DNA from: a virus
Strand: one strand, 5' to 3'
Virus record (IMG/VR): IMGVR_UViG_3300004457_000028
Coordinates: 1 to 64,000 of that record
Length of the DNA stretch: 64,000 nucleotides
Shown: one piece after another, positions 37,985 through 47,949 of the stretch
Position numbering within the stretch: the stretch's first letter is position 1
Layout: every line of letters begins with the position of its first letter
Program-made: the position numbers and the translations under genes
The notes under the pieces: generated by a model
Told to the model about the DNA's origin: nothing
The model's database searches: none
What the model saw: the letters and a program-made list of their open reading frames with translations, nothing else

Positions 37985-40388
37985 TGTTCTCACCTTCTTT
38001 TGTTTCTTCATCTGTGGTCATGTCCTTGAGGAATTGCTCAAGTCCATCACCTTGCTTGGAGAGATACTTGTTGAGTATCAGCACCATCTCAGGAGTGTCA
38101 GGGTCTGTAGGGTCAAGCGCCTCGTATAACACATTGAACTCCTTAGCAGTAGGAGTGAACTCCTTAGCCTTGATGAGTGCAATCTGTTCCTTGATGCTGG
38201 CTCTTGTCTCGCTCTGTGAGCCGACCAACCACACATCAACAGGTGGTGGGGCAATCATGAGAGCAGCACTGTGCTCATCAAACAGAGACTTGAGTTCAAC
38301 CAACTGTGAGGCTGGGACAGAGTGAGGATTGTTAGCAGCCCATGTCAAGTGAGTAGCACAGAGAGAACAAGTGGAGACACCACACATGATGAAGTCCTTG
38401 TTCTGTGGAGAGTTATGTGAGCCTCGCTCACCGTGTCGCCAACCGACTGGTAGAATCTCCATGGTCTTACGCAGTGCCTCGTGAACATTCTTGCTTGAAG
38501 CGATAGGAGTCTTGCGCCAGTAGGCTGGAGTCTTCTTCGCCACATAGTCAAGTATCTCTCCCCAGTTATTCTCAGGTGGTTGTGCTGCATTCTCAAACAT
38601 CACATCTATTCTCTTGTCAGCATACTCGTCTGTGTCATCAAGGAACTCACGAGCCATCTCGTAAGTAGAAGCCATCGCCTCCATGTCTCTTCGTGGGTTG
38701 AAGCCAGTAGTCCCAGCATCAAAGGCATACTTACTCAGCCACTTGTTGAACAGCGCACCGTTGTTGTGAACTGCATTCTCTGCCGTGTTCACTGCAACAA
38801 TGAGTTCACCCAATGTTGCTTCATTAGCATCAGCAGTGAAGGCTTGCAGTGCATCACATAGGTCAGCACCCATCAGCATAGAGTCTCCCCACTTGACACC
38901 ACCGTAGGATGAAGACCACCCTTTGCGGTAGTGCTTGTTCAAGAAGCGCAACATCTTAGCAGCGTCACCCCAGTCAAGTTCAATGTGACCGATAGCAGCG
39001 TAGTAGTGACCACGAGAGGAATCAAGATGGGGTGTGTTGTTAATCTGTTTCCACACACCACTACCAATACAGGCAGTCATGGTAGCAAACAGTTCAGCAT
39101 TAGCATTGGACTTGAGGCCACGAGCGTGTCGCATCTCACCAAGACCAAGAGCAAGCATAGCCTTCGGTAACCAAGCAGCAAACATACCAGCAAGGAACGC
39201 CACATCCTGTGGCTTGCTCATAGGGAGGCTGACCCACTGGTGGAAGAAGGTAGAGAACCATCCTTGTTGCTTGCGCCAATACCTGTTACCACAATTAAGA
39301 CCACGCTTGAAGTCAGCAAGGTAAGCATGAGGAGCATACGGCTTAGGTTCAAAGTTGCTATCGTTGTCAAGCACAACCCAACCAGCAGCCGCCTCAACCC
39401 AGCGGTCACCAACAGTCACTGAGGGAGTGATAGCATAAGGAACTCCAACACCACGGCAGTGAGCATAGATGTGAGAGAGACGAGAGCCGCTTGGTTCTAC
39501 AACCATGTAACCATCAGGACACTTCTCTTTGGTAATGTTCTCTTCAAGCCAAGCGACTTCTTCAAGTCCACTCATAGTGATGAAGTCTTGAATGACTACC
39601 TCACCTTGCGGAATCATACCGATAGTATCTACACCTTCAGGTGGAGGCATGACTGGAGTGTGAGAAGGAGCACCACGAATCTGTGTGAGACTGTGGTTCA
39701 TCTTAGGTAAGTCCATCACACCTCGGTCACGGTTCTCACTCTCAGTAGTGAATACGAACTCAAGTTCGTGACGAGTAGGGGAGTAGGATAGAGCATTCAT
39801 AATCATGTTGTCCTTACTGTAGTCCCCAACTCGTAGAGGGAATGCAAGGTTGAACCCATGACCAGCAGTGACACCATCGTGTCCTACTCCCATGATGTTG
39901 TAGCCTTGAAACATAACTGGCTTGTCAAGCCCAGTCTCTTCATCAGTCATCATGACAATGTTACCAGTGTCATCTACTTCGGGGTGAGACAGAGCCATGA
40001 CTGAGGAGGAGGTAGCATCAATGAAAGGCATGAGTAGCATACAACCATCGGGGTCTTCAGTCTTCATGACACCTGAAAGATATGTGAAGTTCTTGAGCAA
40101 AGCAATCTCGTCGTTACAACGAATGGATTCAATGACACCATGCCGAGGAGACTCAGGGCAAGCCCTCAAGAAACAAGGGTAGCCAGTGTGCTCTGCTGCT
40201 GATGTCAAGTGGAGTGGTGTGTCAGTAAGGTGGACTGCTACCATATCAAGTGGTGACCAGTCCTTGGGGATAGCATACTGAGTGTGTGCTGACCGATGGG
40301 TAAACAAAGCCTTAGCCTTCTGTGACTTGATAGCCTTGATACGGTCTGTGCTGTTGAGTTGTTCAAGTGTTAGTGTCTTCATGTTCAT
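37977..40388 (-). CDS. PEP-utilising-enzyme (PPDK/PEP-synthase-like) phosphotransferase: ATP-grasp-like domain, His swivel and unknown C-terminal domain
   Basis: Swivel motif 'GSRLSHIYAHCRGVGVPY'; ATP-grasp-like 'FLRAC', 'LMPFI' and 'ELEFV...LTQIR'; no pyruvate TIM barrel. Confidence 0.65.
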   Translation of the reverse strand: MNMKTLTLEQLNSTDRIKAIKSQKAKALFTHRSAHTQYAIPKDWSPLDMVAVHLTDTPLHLTSAAEHTGYPCFLRACPESPRHGVIESIRCNDEIALLKNFTYLSGVMKTEDPDGCMLLMPFIDATSSSVMALSHPEVDDTGNIVMMTDEETGLDKPVMFQGYNIMGVGHDGVTAGHGFNLAFPLRVGDYSKDNMIMNALSYSPTRHELEFVFTTESENRDRGVMDLPKMNHSLTQIRGAPSHTPVMPPPEGVDTIGMIPQGEVVIQDFITMSGLEEVAWLEENITKEKCPDGYMVVEPSGSRLSHIYAHCRGVGVPYAITPSVTVGDRWVEAAAGWVVLDNDSNFEPKPYAPHAYLADFKRGLNCGNRYWRKQQGWFSTFFHQWVSLPMSKPQDVAFLAGMFAAWLPKAMLALGLGEMRHARGLKSNANAELFATMTACIGSGVWKQINNTPHLDSSRGHYYAAIGHIELDWGDAAKMLRFLNKHYRKGWSSSYGGVKWGDSMLMGADLCDALQAFTADANEATLGELIVAVNTAENAVHNNGALFNKWLSKYAFDAGTTGFNPRRDMEAMASTYEMAREFLDDTDEYADKRIDVMFENAAQPPENNWGEILDYVAKKTPAYWRKTPIASSKNVHEALRKTMEILPVGWRHGERGSHNSPQNKDFIMCGVSTCSLCATHLTWAANNPHSVPASQLVELKSLFDEHSAALMIAPPPVDVWLVGSQSETRASIKEQIALIKAKEFTPTAKEFNVLYEALDPTDPDTPEMVLILNKYLSKQGDGLEQFLKDMTTDEETKEGENNE

Positions 40389-40417
40389 TCCTCTCTTGGT
40401 TGGTTCATACTATATTG

Positions 40418-40434
40418 CTGCTTTATATATCAAC
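40418..40434 (-). promoter_or_regulatory. Viral promoter motif copy 7
   Basis: Exact GTTGATATATAAAGCAG. Confidence 0.8.
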
Positions 40435-40435
40435 A

Positions 40436-40819
40436 TCATTCAGTGATTGCTTTAGGGTTGAGTCTTGTGGTGCTTGCATTCGTAGTGCTCACTATGTATC
40501 GCTTGCGTGGGTTACCCTGTGGGGTATAGAATGTGATGAGGACTTCGGGTAGCATGTTCGTTCTACCTGCGTTGATGTCAAGTGCTTGTAAGTCTAAGTG
40601 ATGTGCTATCTCCATCTCAGCACGACCACTTGCTACTACATCAGCGAGCGCTTTCTCTTTGACTTCATACCATTCGTAGATGTATTGGCGTATTGATTCT
40701 ATAGAAGTGAATGCGTCGGGGTTAGTATACTCTTCACGCCAAACGAAATCGTCATGACTACCACTGGGGTATGGTCGCTGCTCCTTGATACTGAATAGAT
40801 AGATACTCTCACTCGTCAT
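40436..40819 (-). CDS. Hypothetical protein
   Basis: Likely start MTSESI after a GGAGG SD. Confidence 0.5.
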   Translation of the reverse strand: MTSESIYLFSIKEQRPYPSGSHDDFVWREEYTNPDAFTSIESIRQYIYEWYEVKEKALADVVASGRAEMEIAHHLDLQALDINAGRTNMLPEVLITFYTPQGNPRKRYIVSTTNASTTRLNPKAITE

Positions 40820-41150
40820 TGGTAACCGCCTCCCCATTGGTGTGTGTGAATCCCATACCAGCAACGACATACATAGTGTCACCAATAGTTATGGTGTCAC
40901 CCATAGATGTAGAGCGAAGCCCAAGTCTACCAGTCAAGTCTACCAAGCAGGTGACTCGCTCGTGTCCATCATGCTCCATGTTCTTAGACCAACTATCCTG
41001 TAGGTTCTGTGTCCATCGGTAAGCGAACTCCAAGTTCTCAAGCAGTGGAGCGAAGTAATCAAACTCAATTGATGCTGCTTCGTAGGGTTGTGTCCCACTG
41101 TTCTCATTCTCAAATGCTCTGTGTGTTACAATCATATCACTCATCTTCAA
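40809..41150 (-). CDS. YodL-like domain protein
   Basis: 'LEFAYRWTQN...LRSTSMGD.I...YVVAGMGF'. Confidence 0.55.
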   Translation of the reverse strand: MKMSDMIVTHRAFENENSGTQPYEAASIEFDYFAPLLENLEFAYRWTQNLQDSWSKNMEHDGHERVTCLVDLTGRLGLRSTSMGDTITIGDTMYVVAGMGFTHTNGEAVTNDE

Positions 41151-41362
41151 GCACCTCGCATAATCGCAGTAACAATCTTCACTGCTTGTCCAATACTCTC
41201 ACAGTCTATGAAGGTCGGCCCAAAGCGTGAGGGTATCTTGAACCAAGGCCCACATTCAACCATCATGTCAGCAAACTGAAAGCATCTACCGTTACATCGT
41301 AGTTGAACTACGCCCTTCATCCCATCATGTGCTTCAATCGTTATCGTAAGTTCTTGTTCCAT
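41147..41362 (-). CDS. Hypothetical protein
   Basis: First ORF behind promoter copy 8. Confidence 0.55.
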   Translation of the reverse strand: MEQELTITIEAHDGMKGVVQLRCNGRCFQFADMMVECGPWFKIPSRFGPTFIDCESIGQAVKIVTAIMRGA

Positions 41363-41386
41363 CTTTCTTCACCTTCTTATTTAGTG

Positions 41387-41403
41387 CTGCTTTATATATC
41401 AAC
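41387..41403 (-). promoter_or_regulatory. Viral promoter motif copy 8
   Basis: Exact GTTGATATATAAAGCAG. Confidence 0.8.
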
Positions 41404-41440
41404 TTGTCAATTACTATAGACCGAGAAGCGTTTTCGTTTG

Positions 41441-41692
41441 TCACTCCTCCTCGGAGTGGTATTCGTATTCTACATGACAGTGTGATGGTAAACGATAGCG
41501 TGGTCTTGTTGCATTGACATCGGAGTAAGCAGTAAGCATACCGCTGCGTCTGTCTTGTCTAACCATGTCGCCGTCTTTGACTTGAGGACACCTGTGTGAT
41601 TTAATCACTTGATAGAGTATGTCGTTGGCGTGTTGCCCTAAGCGTTCTGTTAGTAGCCATTGGTTCTGTCCTATGCTTATCCTGTATGTCAT
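41441..41692 (-). CDS. Hypothetical protein
   Basis: Coupled ORF. Confidence 0.5.
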   Translation of the reverse strand: MTYRISIGQNQWLLTERLGQHANDILYQVIKSHRCPQVKDGDMVRQDRRSGMLTAYSDVNATRPRYRLPSHCHVEYEYHSEEE

Positions 41693-42048
41693 TGTTCATC
41701 ACCTTCTAATTGATTAGCGAACTCTTCACGATGGTGTTCCAATCTCATGTCAAGTGCAGCACTATCAATGCTCAACCCCATGCTCTCTTCAAACCATTCA
41801 AGAACATAGTCAAGAAACTCTCCGTCGCTGATGTAGTCATCAGGAATTACTTGAGGTATCATAGCCAAGCCTTCGCCATCACTGTGCTTAGGGTCGGCGT
41901 TCATCTTCAACCAGTTCCATACCCAAGCACGCTGTGCTTCAAGTGCATCAATAATTCTGTCGTGGCGTTCACACAAACAACGGTCGTCTGTGCAAGTTGC
42001 TTCGTCTCGTAGTTCTCGTAGTTCTTTTATCATGTCATCAATTTTCAT
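41689..42048 (-). CDS. Hypothetical protein
   Basis: Coupled ORF with SD. Confidence 0.55.
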   Translation of the reverse strand: MKIDDMIKELRELRDEATCTDDRCLCERHDRIIDALEAQRAWVWNWLKMNADPKHSDGEGLAMIPQVIPDDYISDGEFLDYVLEWFEESMGLSIDSAALDMRLEHHREEFANQLEGDEQ

Positions 42049-42154
42049 ACTGTCATCTCCTGTATCTGTTGTTCAAGTTCTACGATGCGAGCCTCAAGTT
42101 CTTTCACCTTTGCTCGCTCTCTTCGTAGAGCGAATACCATTCCTTGTGACTTAC

Positions 42155-42523
42155 TCATGCTGACTCCTCCATTGTATCATCAGTCTTTGGTATACGACCC
42201 CACTGCTTACCTCTTGGGTCAGGGTTGTATACAATATCCCAGTCACCATCCCACTCCTCATCATGGAGATACCATGTGTGGTTTCGTTGGTAGATACTTA
42301 CATGTGGTAGTGCGTTGAGTCTGTCCTTAGTTGTCATTGTTGCATACCCACTGTGAGTTATCTTGAGTGTGCCGTCAGCCTCGTGACAAGCGATAGTGTT
42401 ACCGAAGAGTTTCAAGTAAGCAGCACCATCACTGTCTACCTCTACCCTTGTGTTACCTCGCTTGAACTTCTTGTGAGACATCAATGCCTTAGATGCTAAC
42501 CTACCTACCTCTGTTCTACTCAT
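42155..42523 (-). CDS. Conserved viral hypothetical protein
   Basis: 'LFGNTIA...GYATMTTKDRLNAL..V.IYQRNHTWY' resembles a recurring phage family of unknown function. Confidence 0.6.
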   Translation of the reverse strand: MSRTEVGRLASKALMSHKKFKRGNTRVEVDSDGAAYLKLFGNTIACHEADGTLKITHSGYATMTTKDRLNALPHVSIYQRNHTWYLHDEEWDGDWDIVYNPDPRGKQWGRIPKTDDTMEESA

Positions 42524-43482
42524 GCTATCACCTCTTCTTCTATGCTACAGTTGTTAAGGATGAAGTCAGCCGCTGCTTGTGCTTGACTGAACGCCTTGTC
42601 CAATGCACTGTCCTGATTCTTACATGCATCAAGCCAGTGCTTGAGGTAAGCCTGAGAGTTAGCGTGCTCCTCTTGAAGAACATAAGGATTGAACTCACCA
42701 CCAAGGGAGAGTGTGACAATCAATGCACCAAGTTCAGCAACCAGTTCTTCATAGGCATACTCAGGTGAGCCAAACTTAGAGGCAAGGTTACGCTCTGCTC
42801 TCTTGGGGTGACCAGTGCTATGCACTGCTTCGTGCATGGCCGTCATGACTTCACCAAGTTGAGTCTCAAAGTCAGCGTGTGCTGGTAGCCTAATGAGGTC
42901 ACCACTTAATCTATAGAAGGCACGACTGCCTTGACGCTCAAGAGTAAGAGTGTCTTGTGAATCAACATACCCATAGAAGGAGTCCATCATATCAGACTCA
43001 GGAGTAACAGACAAGTCTTCGTCTTTCACTTCGGGTGCTTCGTAGTCTTCGCACTGCTCAACACAGAACACTTCATACCAACGAGTGACAAAGCCTGAAC
43101 GCATAGTCTCTTCACCAGTGTCCTTGTCCTCTACCTTGTAGTTGGATGTCTTAGCGAACTTGATGAGACAACCTTCACCATTGGATAGACCCTTGATGTT
43201 GTAGCCCTTCTCAATGAGTTGCTTACGAGTAGCAAAGCGGAGGTCAGTGTAGCCACGACTCAATCCCCAAAACCACAGTGAGACAATGTTACCACCACGG
43301 TATGTCTTCTTGCTCTTCAAGTTGCGAGGCATAGTAGCACCACCTTTCCATGGCTTACGCCAAGGAACATTGTTGTCCTTGATACCTGCTGCGAGGTTCT
43401 CATACCAAGTAGCCTTGCTTGCTTCTGTCTTGGCCTTGCCGTATGCTGCCTTCTTCTCCTTACTCCAACTCATCTTTCTCAT
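42520..43482 (-). CDS. ardC: ArdC-family ssDNA-binding antirestriction protein with zincin domain
   Basis: 'PWRKPW', 'YRGGN', 'AFYR..D.I.LP', 'HEAVHSTGH', 'YAYEELVAELG'. Confidence 0.9.
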   Translation of the reverse strand: MRKMSWSKEKKAAYGKAKTEASKATWYENLAAGIKDNNVPWRKPWKGGATMPRNLKSKKTYRGGNIVSLWFWGLSRGYTDLRFATRKQLIEKGYNIKGLSNGEGCLIKFAKTSNYKVEDKDTGEETMRSGFVTRWYEVFCVEQCEDYEAPEVKDEDLSVTPESDMMDSFYGYVDSQDTLTLERQGSRAFYRLSGDLIRLPAHADFETQLGEVMTAMHEAVHSTGHPKRAERNLASKFGSPEYAYEELVAELGALIVTLSLGGEFNPYVLQEEHANSQAYLKHWLDACKNQDSALDKAFSQAQAAADFILNNCSIEEEVIA

Positions 43483-43497
43483 CTCCTATCTTTAGTG

Positions 43498-43514
43498 CTG
43501 CTTTATATATCAAC
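43498..43514 (-). promoter_or_regulatory. Viral promoter motif copy 9
   Basis: Exact GTTGATATATAAAGCAG. Confidence 0.8.
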
Positions 43515-43515
43515 T

Positions 43516-43641
43516 TCATTCTTCTTCTTGCTTTCGCTTCTGTGGTGTGTTGCCTCTCATGCATTCAGCGCAGCGCCTGAACCCAGCGGGTGTAGGGTTG
43601 TTGCACCTTCGTTGATGACATAGATGTGCAGTGAATCTCAA
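43516..43641 (-). CDS. 41-aa Zn-finger microprotein (not in ORF track)
   Basis: MRFTAHLCHQRRCNN...RCAECM...*; TTG start overlaps the helicase stop. Confidence 0.4.
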   Translation of the reverse strand: MRFTAHLCHQRRCNNPTPAGFRRCAECMRGNTPQKRKQEEE

Positions 43642-46232
43642 GCACTCACCCCCAAGTCTCGTAGCAAGTCTGCTGGTATGTCACCTGAGTCTACCATGGA
43701 CTTGAGTAGTGCTGATGCAATACCCTTACGCTCCACTGCATCCCCACCATCAAGCACCGACTTGATGACTGCTCGCTTCTCCTCTACTACAGAGTTGAAC
43801 TTCTCATCAATCGTTCCCTTGACTGAGAGGTAGACTGCGTGAACTGTCTCAGCGTCTTGTCCAATACGGTTCACTCTGTCCTCGGCTTGCTCCTCCCATG
43901 CTGGTGACCACTCACGCTCAATGAACACTACAGTATCAGCAGCAGTGAGGGTGAGTCCCTCCTTCGCAGCAACAGTGGAGCAAATCATAACATCAATGTC
44001 GCCACGCTGGAATGCATCTACTCTCTCTTGTCTCTTCTCTGCTGCAACTGAACCAGTGATGAGTCCAAGTGTGAACTCATCCTTGAGTTCATCAACCAAC
44101 CCATCCACTACATCCTTGTGGTGTGCAAAGATAATCGTAGGCTTACCAGTGACTTCACGATACTCACGAACCCAGTTAGCAGTAGCAGTAATCTTCAGTA
44201 TACCACAGTGGTGTCGTAGTTCAGTGAGCATGTTCAAGACAAACCCAGCAGGTAGTGAGCCTTGTGCCTTGTGCATCTCATACTGGTTCAACCATGTAGC
44301 CTGAGCATTGTTGTATGCCTTCTTCTCGGCAGGGGTAGGCACGACATCAACCACTTGACGAATCTTGTCGGGTAGTTCATCCATGACCTCCTTCTTGAGT
44401 CGGCGGATAGTGAATGCTCTTGTCCTCTCGTGCAACTCTGCCTCGTTAGATGAACCCTTGAAGTCCCAGCCCCAACCAGTGTGGTGAGCATCACAGTATT
44501 GCTTACCGTATGCAAAGAAGTTACCGAACTCAACAGGCCGAAGCAGGTTCAGTGTAGTGAAGAACTCAATGGGTCTGTTAGTGATAGCAGTCCCCGACAA
44601 ACAGATGATGTCCTTGCTGGTGTTGGCTACTTCAAGTGAAGCCTGAGTGCGCTGAGCCTTACTGTTCTTGAGGTAGTGTGACTCGTCAAAGATAACGATG
44701 TTGAACCCAGCATCTTCAAGCGCAAGTTGTTGCTTCTTCATGAGGTCGTAGTTGATGACGACAACATCAGTGTCAGGTATGTCCGACTTACCATTCTTCA
44801 CAGCCTCAACTGTGAGGTTGGGTAGCCAAGTGCTGAACTCCTTGACCCAGTTATACTTGACATTCGCAGGGGCAACGACAAGGACTGGGTGGTTCTCAGG
44901 GTGCAGTGCTGCATAGGCAAGGGCTTGGATAGTCTTACCCACACCCATGTCATCACCAATCAAAGCACGACCACCAGCAAGTTCACAGAAACGAACACCG
45001 ACATACTGGAAGGGGTAGAGTTCACGACCTTCGGGGAACTGCTCAGCCAAACGACCACGCATCTCCTCAATCTTATCCTCGTCATGTAATGAAGCAGCAC
45101 TGGACAGAGCGATGCGCTCAGCCTGAGACTCAATCACAGTAGACATACCATCAACAGTAGCGATAGCATCAGCGAGTGGTTGATAGATACCATCAAGTCT
45201 ACCCTTCAAGAACGCACCTTGAGAGACAGGCACTTTCCATGCCTTGCGACTACCATCCCACTTACGACCCATGACTCCCTTGACAATGCTCATGACCTTG
45301 GTTCGTAGGTCAGCGTCTTGAAGCCAAGGCCACTTGAGCACAAGGACATCAGCCTCAATGGTGGCTGATACATTCTTGTCAGTGACAGCAGTGCTGGTGT
45401 CAGGAGTTGGGGCTTTCACTACGAGAGCAGTGAGTTGGTCAGCGAAGAAGCCATGCTTCTCAAAGATAGCAGCAGCCTTAGTGAGTAGGTCAGCAGTGTA
45501 TGTGAGTGACCAAAACTCTCCGTTCCACTTGAGTGCAGGGAAAGGACAACCCGACTTGAGTTCATCCTTGACCGCAGTGTGGCGAGGGAATCTAAGTGAG
45601 ACACGGCGAGACTTCTTCGGCCAGCGTCGTGCTGAATCGTTCTTACCATACCATACATCCTCGTAGACCTCAGCCTTGACAGTGTTCCTCAAGCGAGCCT
45701 CAGTCTCAGTGACAATGTAAGAAGCAAGTGTCTCCTCATACAACTGCTTGAGTTCGTTGGGTTGGTTGATAGTATCTCCATGCTCAGTCATGAACTCCAT
45801 GCACATAGCCATGACTTCTTCATCAAAGGACATGACATCTCGTAGAGACGCTGGCTTCTTACCAGTCTCCTTGAAGAACTTACGAAGGCGGCTTGCTAAC
45901 TTGGATTGGTATGCTGCCTTGGCCTTAGCCTTGACACCAATCTCAGTCATGTCCTTGAGGAAAGACTGGACATCAACATGCTCAGGAATACCACACCACT
46001 TCATCAGTGTAGGAATCTGTGTCTGACTATACTTGTAGAAGCGCTCCGCTGCTTCTTGATACATAGTCTCAGGTATCTCTGCGTGGCCCTCCAGTCTCTT
46101 GAAGAACGGAGCATCACCAGCATTCGGGCCGATGTAATCCTTCTCTCCATCAACATGCACTTCACAGAACTTGTCAATGAGTTGCCTCATCACTTCTCTT
46201 GTCACTAACTTCTTGCTCTTCATCTCAATCAC
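43638..46232 (-). CDS. SNF2-family helicase, SMARCAL1/HARP-like
   Basis: 'DDMGVGKT', 'DESH', 'LSGT', 'IRRLK', 'GLTLT', 'QAEDRVNRIGQ'; HARP-like 'KWDGSRKAW'. Confidence 0.92.
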   Translation of the reverse strand: MIEMKSKKLVTREVMRQLIDKFCEVHVDGEKDYIGPNAGDAPFFKRLEGHAEIPETMYQEAAERFYKYSQTQIPTLMKWCGIPEHVDVQSFLKDMTEIGVKAKAKAAYQSKLASRLRKFFKETGKKPASLRDVMSFDEEVMAMCMEFMTEHGDTINQPNELKQLYEETLASYIVTETEARLRNTVKAEVYEDVWYGKNDSARRWPKKSRRVSLRFPRHTAVKDELKSGCPFPALKWNGEFWSLTYTADLLTKAAAIFEKHGFFADQLTALVVKAPTPDTSTAVTDKNVSATIEADVLVLKWPWLQDADLRTKVMSIVKGVMGRKWDGSRKAWKVPVSQGAFLKGRLDGIYQPLADAIATVDGMSTVIESQAERIALSSAASLHDEDKIEEMRGRLAEQFPEGRELYPFQYVGVRFCELAGGRALIGDDMGVGKTIQALAYAALHPENHPVLVVAPANVKYNWVKEFSTWLPNLTVEAVKNGKSDIPDTDVVVINYDLMKKQQLALEDAGFNIVIFDESHYLKNSKAQRTQASLEVANTSKDIICLSGTAITNRPIEFFTTLNLLRPVEFGNFFAYGKQYCDAHHTGWGWDFKGSSNEAELHERTRAFTIRRLKKEVMDELPDKIRQVVDVVPTPAEKKAYNNAQATWLNQYEMHKAQGSLPAGFVLNMLTELRHHCGILKITATANWVREYREVTGKPTIIFAHHKDVVDGLVDELKDEFTLGLITGSVAAEKRQERVDAFQRGDIDVMICSTVAAKEGLTLTAADTVVFIEREWSPAWEEQAEDRVNRIGQDAETVHAVYLSVKGTIDEKFNSVVEEKRAVIKSVLDGGDAVERKGIASALLKSMVDSGDIPADLLRDLGVSA

Positions 46233-46246
46233 CTTCTCTTATTATG

Positions 46247-46263
46247 CTGCTTTATATATCAAC
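46247..46263 (-). promoter_or_regulatory. Viral promoter motif copy 10
   Basis: Exact GTTGATATATAAAGCAG. Confidence 0.8.
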
Positions 46264-46356
46264 AGTCATCCTCTTCTACATCTGTGCAGTTAGTGCAGTC
46301 TCTTCGGCTACACAATCCATCGTGTGCCATCAAGCACAACTCTTCAATCGTGAAAC

Positions 46357-46761
46357 TCATTCTTGCTCACACTCCGCATCAAAGGCCGCTTGCCCAGCCT
46401 CAATGTCTTGTTCTTTCATGAGCATGTTAGCAAGGGTGAGTAGGAGAGACAGGGCCATCCCAGTCTTCGCCTTGCTCATGCCCTTACGAACACCATACTC
46501 TCGCTTGACAATCGCTGAGGCTGGTGGCTGCTTAGCAGTCAAGCGAATCCCCTGCTGCTCAAGGGTGATACCACGCTGAAGCATACCGAACCTGATACCG
46601 ATAGTGGGTATGGTGCGGAACTCCTCAACAATCTTACGCACTGCAACACCGACACCAGTAGTGCCTTCTTGCATGGCTTGTGAGAGAATGAACTCCTTAC
46701 CCTCAAGTTCGGTAGTGACACAGTAGCCATCGCTACCATCGGAGAACATGTGTGTGTTCAT
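46357..46761 (-). CDS. Hypothetical protein
   Basis: Coupled ORF. Confidence 0.55.
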   Translation of the reverse strand: MNTHMFSDGSDGYCVTTELEGKEFILSQAMQEGTTGVGVAVRKIVEEFRTIPTIGIRFGMLQRGITLEQQGIRLTAKQPPASAIVKREYGVRKGMSKAKTGMALSLLLTLANMLMKEQDIEAGQAAFDAECEQE

Positions 46762-47000
46762 TCACTCACCACCTTTGCGAAACCAGTCCGAACCTCACGC
46801 TTGATGATATGATACTCGGTATCACCACTGTAGACTCGTGGGGTAGACCACAAATCATACAGGCAGTAGACTGCCGACTGCATGTTGGAGTAGACTCCGT
46901 AGATGTGTGTCGGCACTGCATCCTCAGCCATGTTGGAGAACAGGTAGGCCGAGTCCTTGGGTAAGGACATGACGAGGTAGATGAACTTGCGTTCAGACAT
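46758..47000 (-). CDS. Hypothetical protein
   Basis: Likely start MSERKF at 47000. Confidence 0.45.
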   Translation of the reverse strand: MSERKFIYLVMSLPKDSAYLFSNMAEDAVPTHIYGVYSNMQSAVYCLYDLWSTPRVYSGDTEYHIIKREVRTGFAKVVSE

Positions 47001-47169
47001 CAAGCCACCACCCAGTTGCGAGTATAGCACCACGATATGTTCAGTGGGTTGAGTGCATCAGTGAGGTAGTTGAGTTGCTCATCCAACTCCTCTTCAGTGG
47101 GGAACTCCCATGAGACTGTAGGCTCACCCAGTTGTGCGCCGAAGTTAATGACTGCTTCAAGCCTCCACA

Positions 47170-47520
47170 TCAAGCATCAACTCCTTCATCACCATCGTTG
47201 AACTCATACATGAGCAAGTCAGCAGGTGAGTCCCAAGGAGCACGAATCTGTATGACCTTGGCCTCATCAACCATAGCCACAGGCTCAGGCTGAGGTGAGG
47301 ATGTGTAAGCCCACTCAGGGACATCAGGTTCAATCGGTGTCATGCTTGGGGGAATGATAGGCTGCAAGTCAGGGTAGACAGAAGCACACTCAAGTGAACA
47401 GACCAAGTGGGCTGTCATCTCCACGGTGTCTACCACATCAACACCATCACTGATGTCTATACCACAGGAGGCACAGTGGTGGTCATAGTCAGGCTGCAAG
47501 TTCATGGTGTCGGTTTCCAT
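47170..47520 (-). CDS. Hypothetical Zn-binding, Pro-rich protein
   Basis: 'CASC...CSLEC'; likely start METDT behind promoter copy 11. Confidence 0.5.
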   Translation of the reverse strand: METDTMNLQPDYDHHCASCGIDISDGVDVVDTVEMTAHLVCSLECASVYPDLQPIIPPSMTPIEPDVPEWAYTSSPQPEPVAMVDEAKVIQIRAPWDSPADLLMYEFNDGDEGVDA

Positions 47521-47537
47521 GTTGATGCTCTTTAATG

Positions 47538-47554
47538 CTGCTTCATATATCAAT
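47538..47554 (-). promoter_or_regulatory. Viral promoter motif copy 11 (variant ATTGATATATGAAGCAG)
   Basis: Two mismatches to the consensus, same position relative to the ORF. Confidence 0.65.
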
Positions 47555-47628
47555 GAAGTTCAGTTCACCGATTAGTTCTCAGCAATACCGCACGCTGATG
47601 TCACGCAGTAGAGTTAGTAAGCACTGGC

Positions 47629-47949
47629 TTACTCAAGCCCACAGAACTTGCACGATTCTGTATGCGCTTCGTTGAATTGTATGTCATTGTTCTTGACATA
47701 GGAGTGCATGTATGTTCCTTCATCCCACAATCCATTAGCAGCGCAGCCACACTTACAGAAGTGTATGAGTAAACCTTCAATGTATTCGTAGTCCATCTGT
47801 GAGTTCCACAAGACCGAGAGCATAGCCTCTGCTAACTCACCCTCTTGTTCGTTTGCATACGCTGCTACAATATCGTAAGCCTCACCCTTGTCCATCAGTT
47901 CTATCTTTACAGGCTCGTAGTCATCGGGTTTACCATCATCGTCTACCAT
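47629..47949 (-). CDS. Hypothetical protein
   Basis: 106 aa; TTTAAG TATA-like box about 25 nt upstream. Confidence 0.55.
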   Translation of the reverse strand: MVDDDGKPDDYEPVKIELMDKGEAYDIVAAYANEQEGELAEAMLSVLWNSQMDYEYIEGLLIHFCKCGCAANGLWDEGTYMHSYVKNNDIQFNEAHTESCKFCGLE

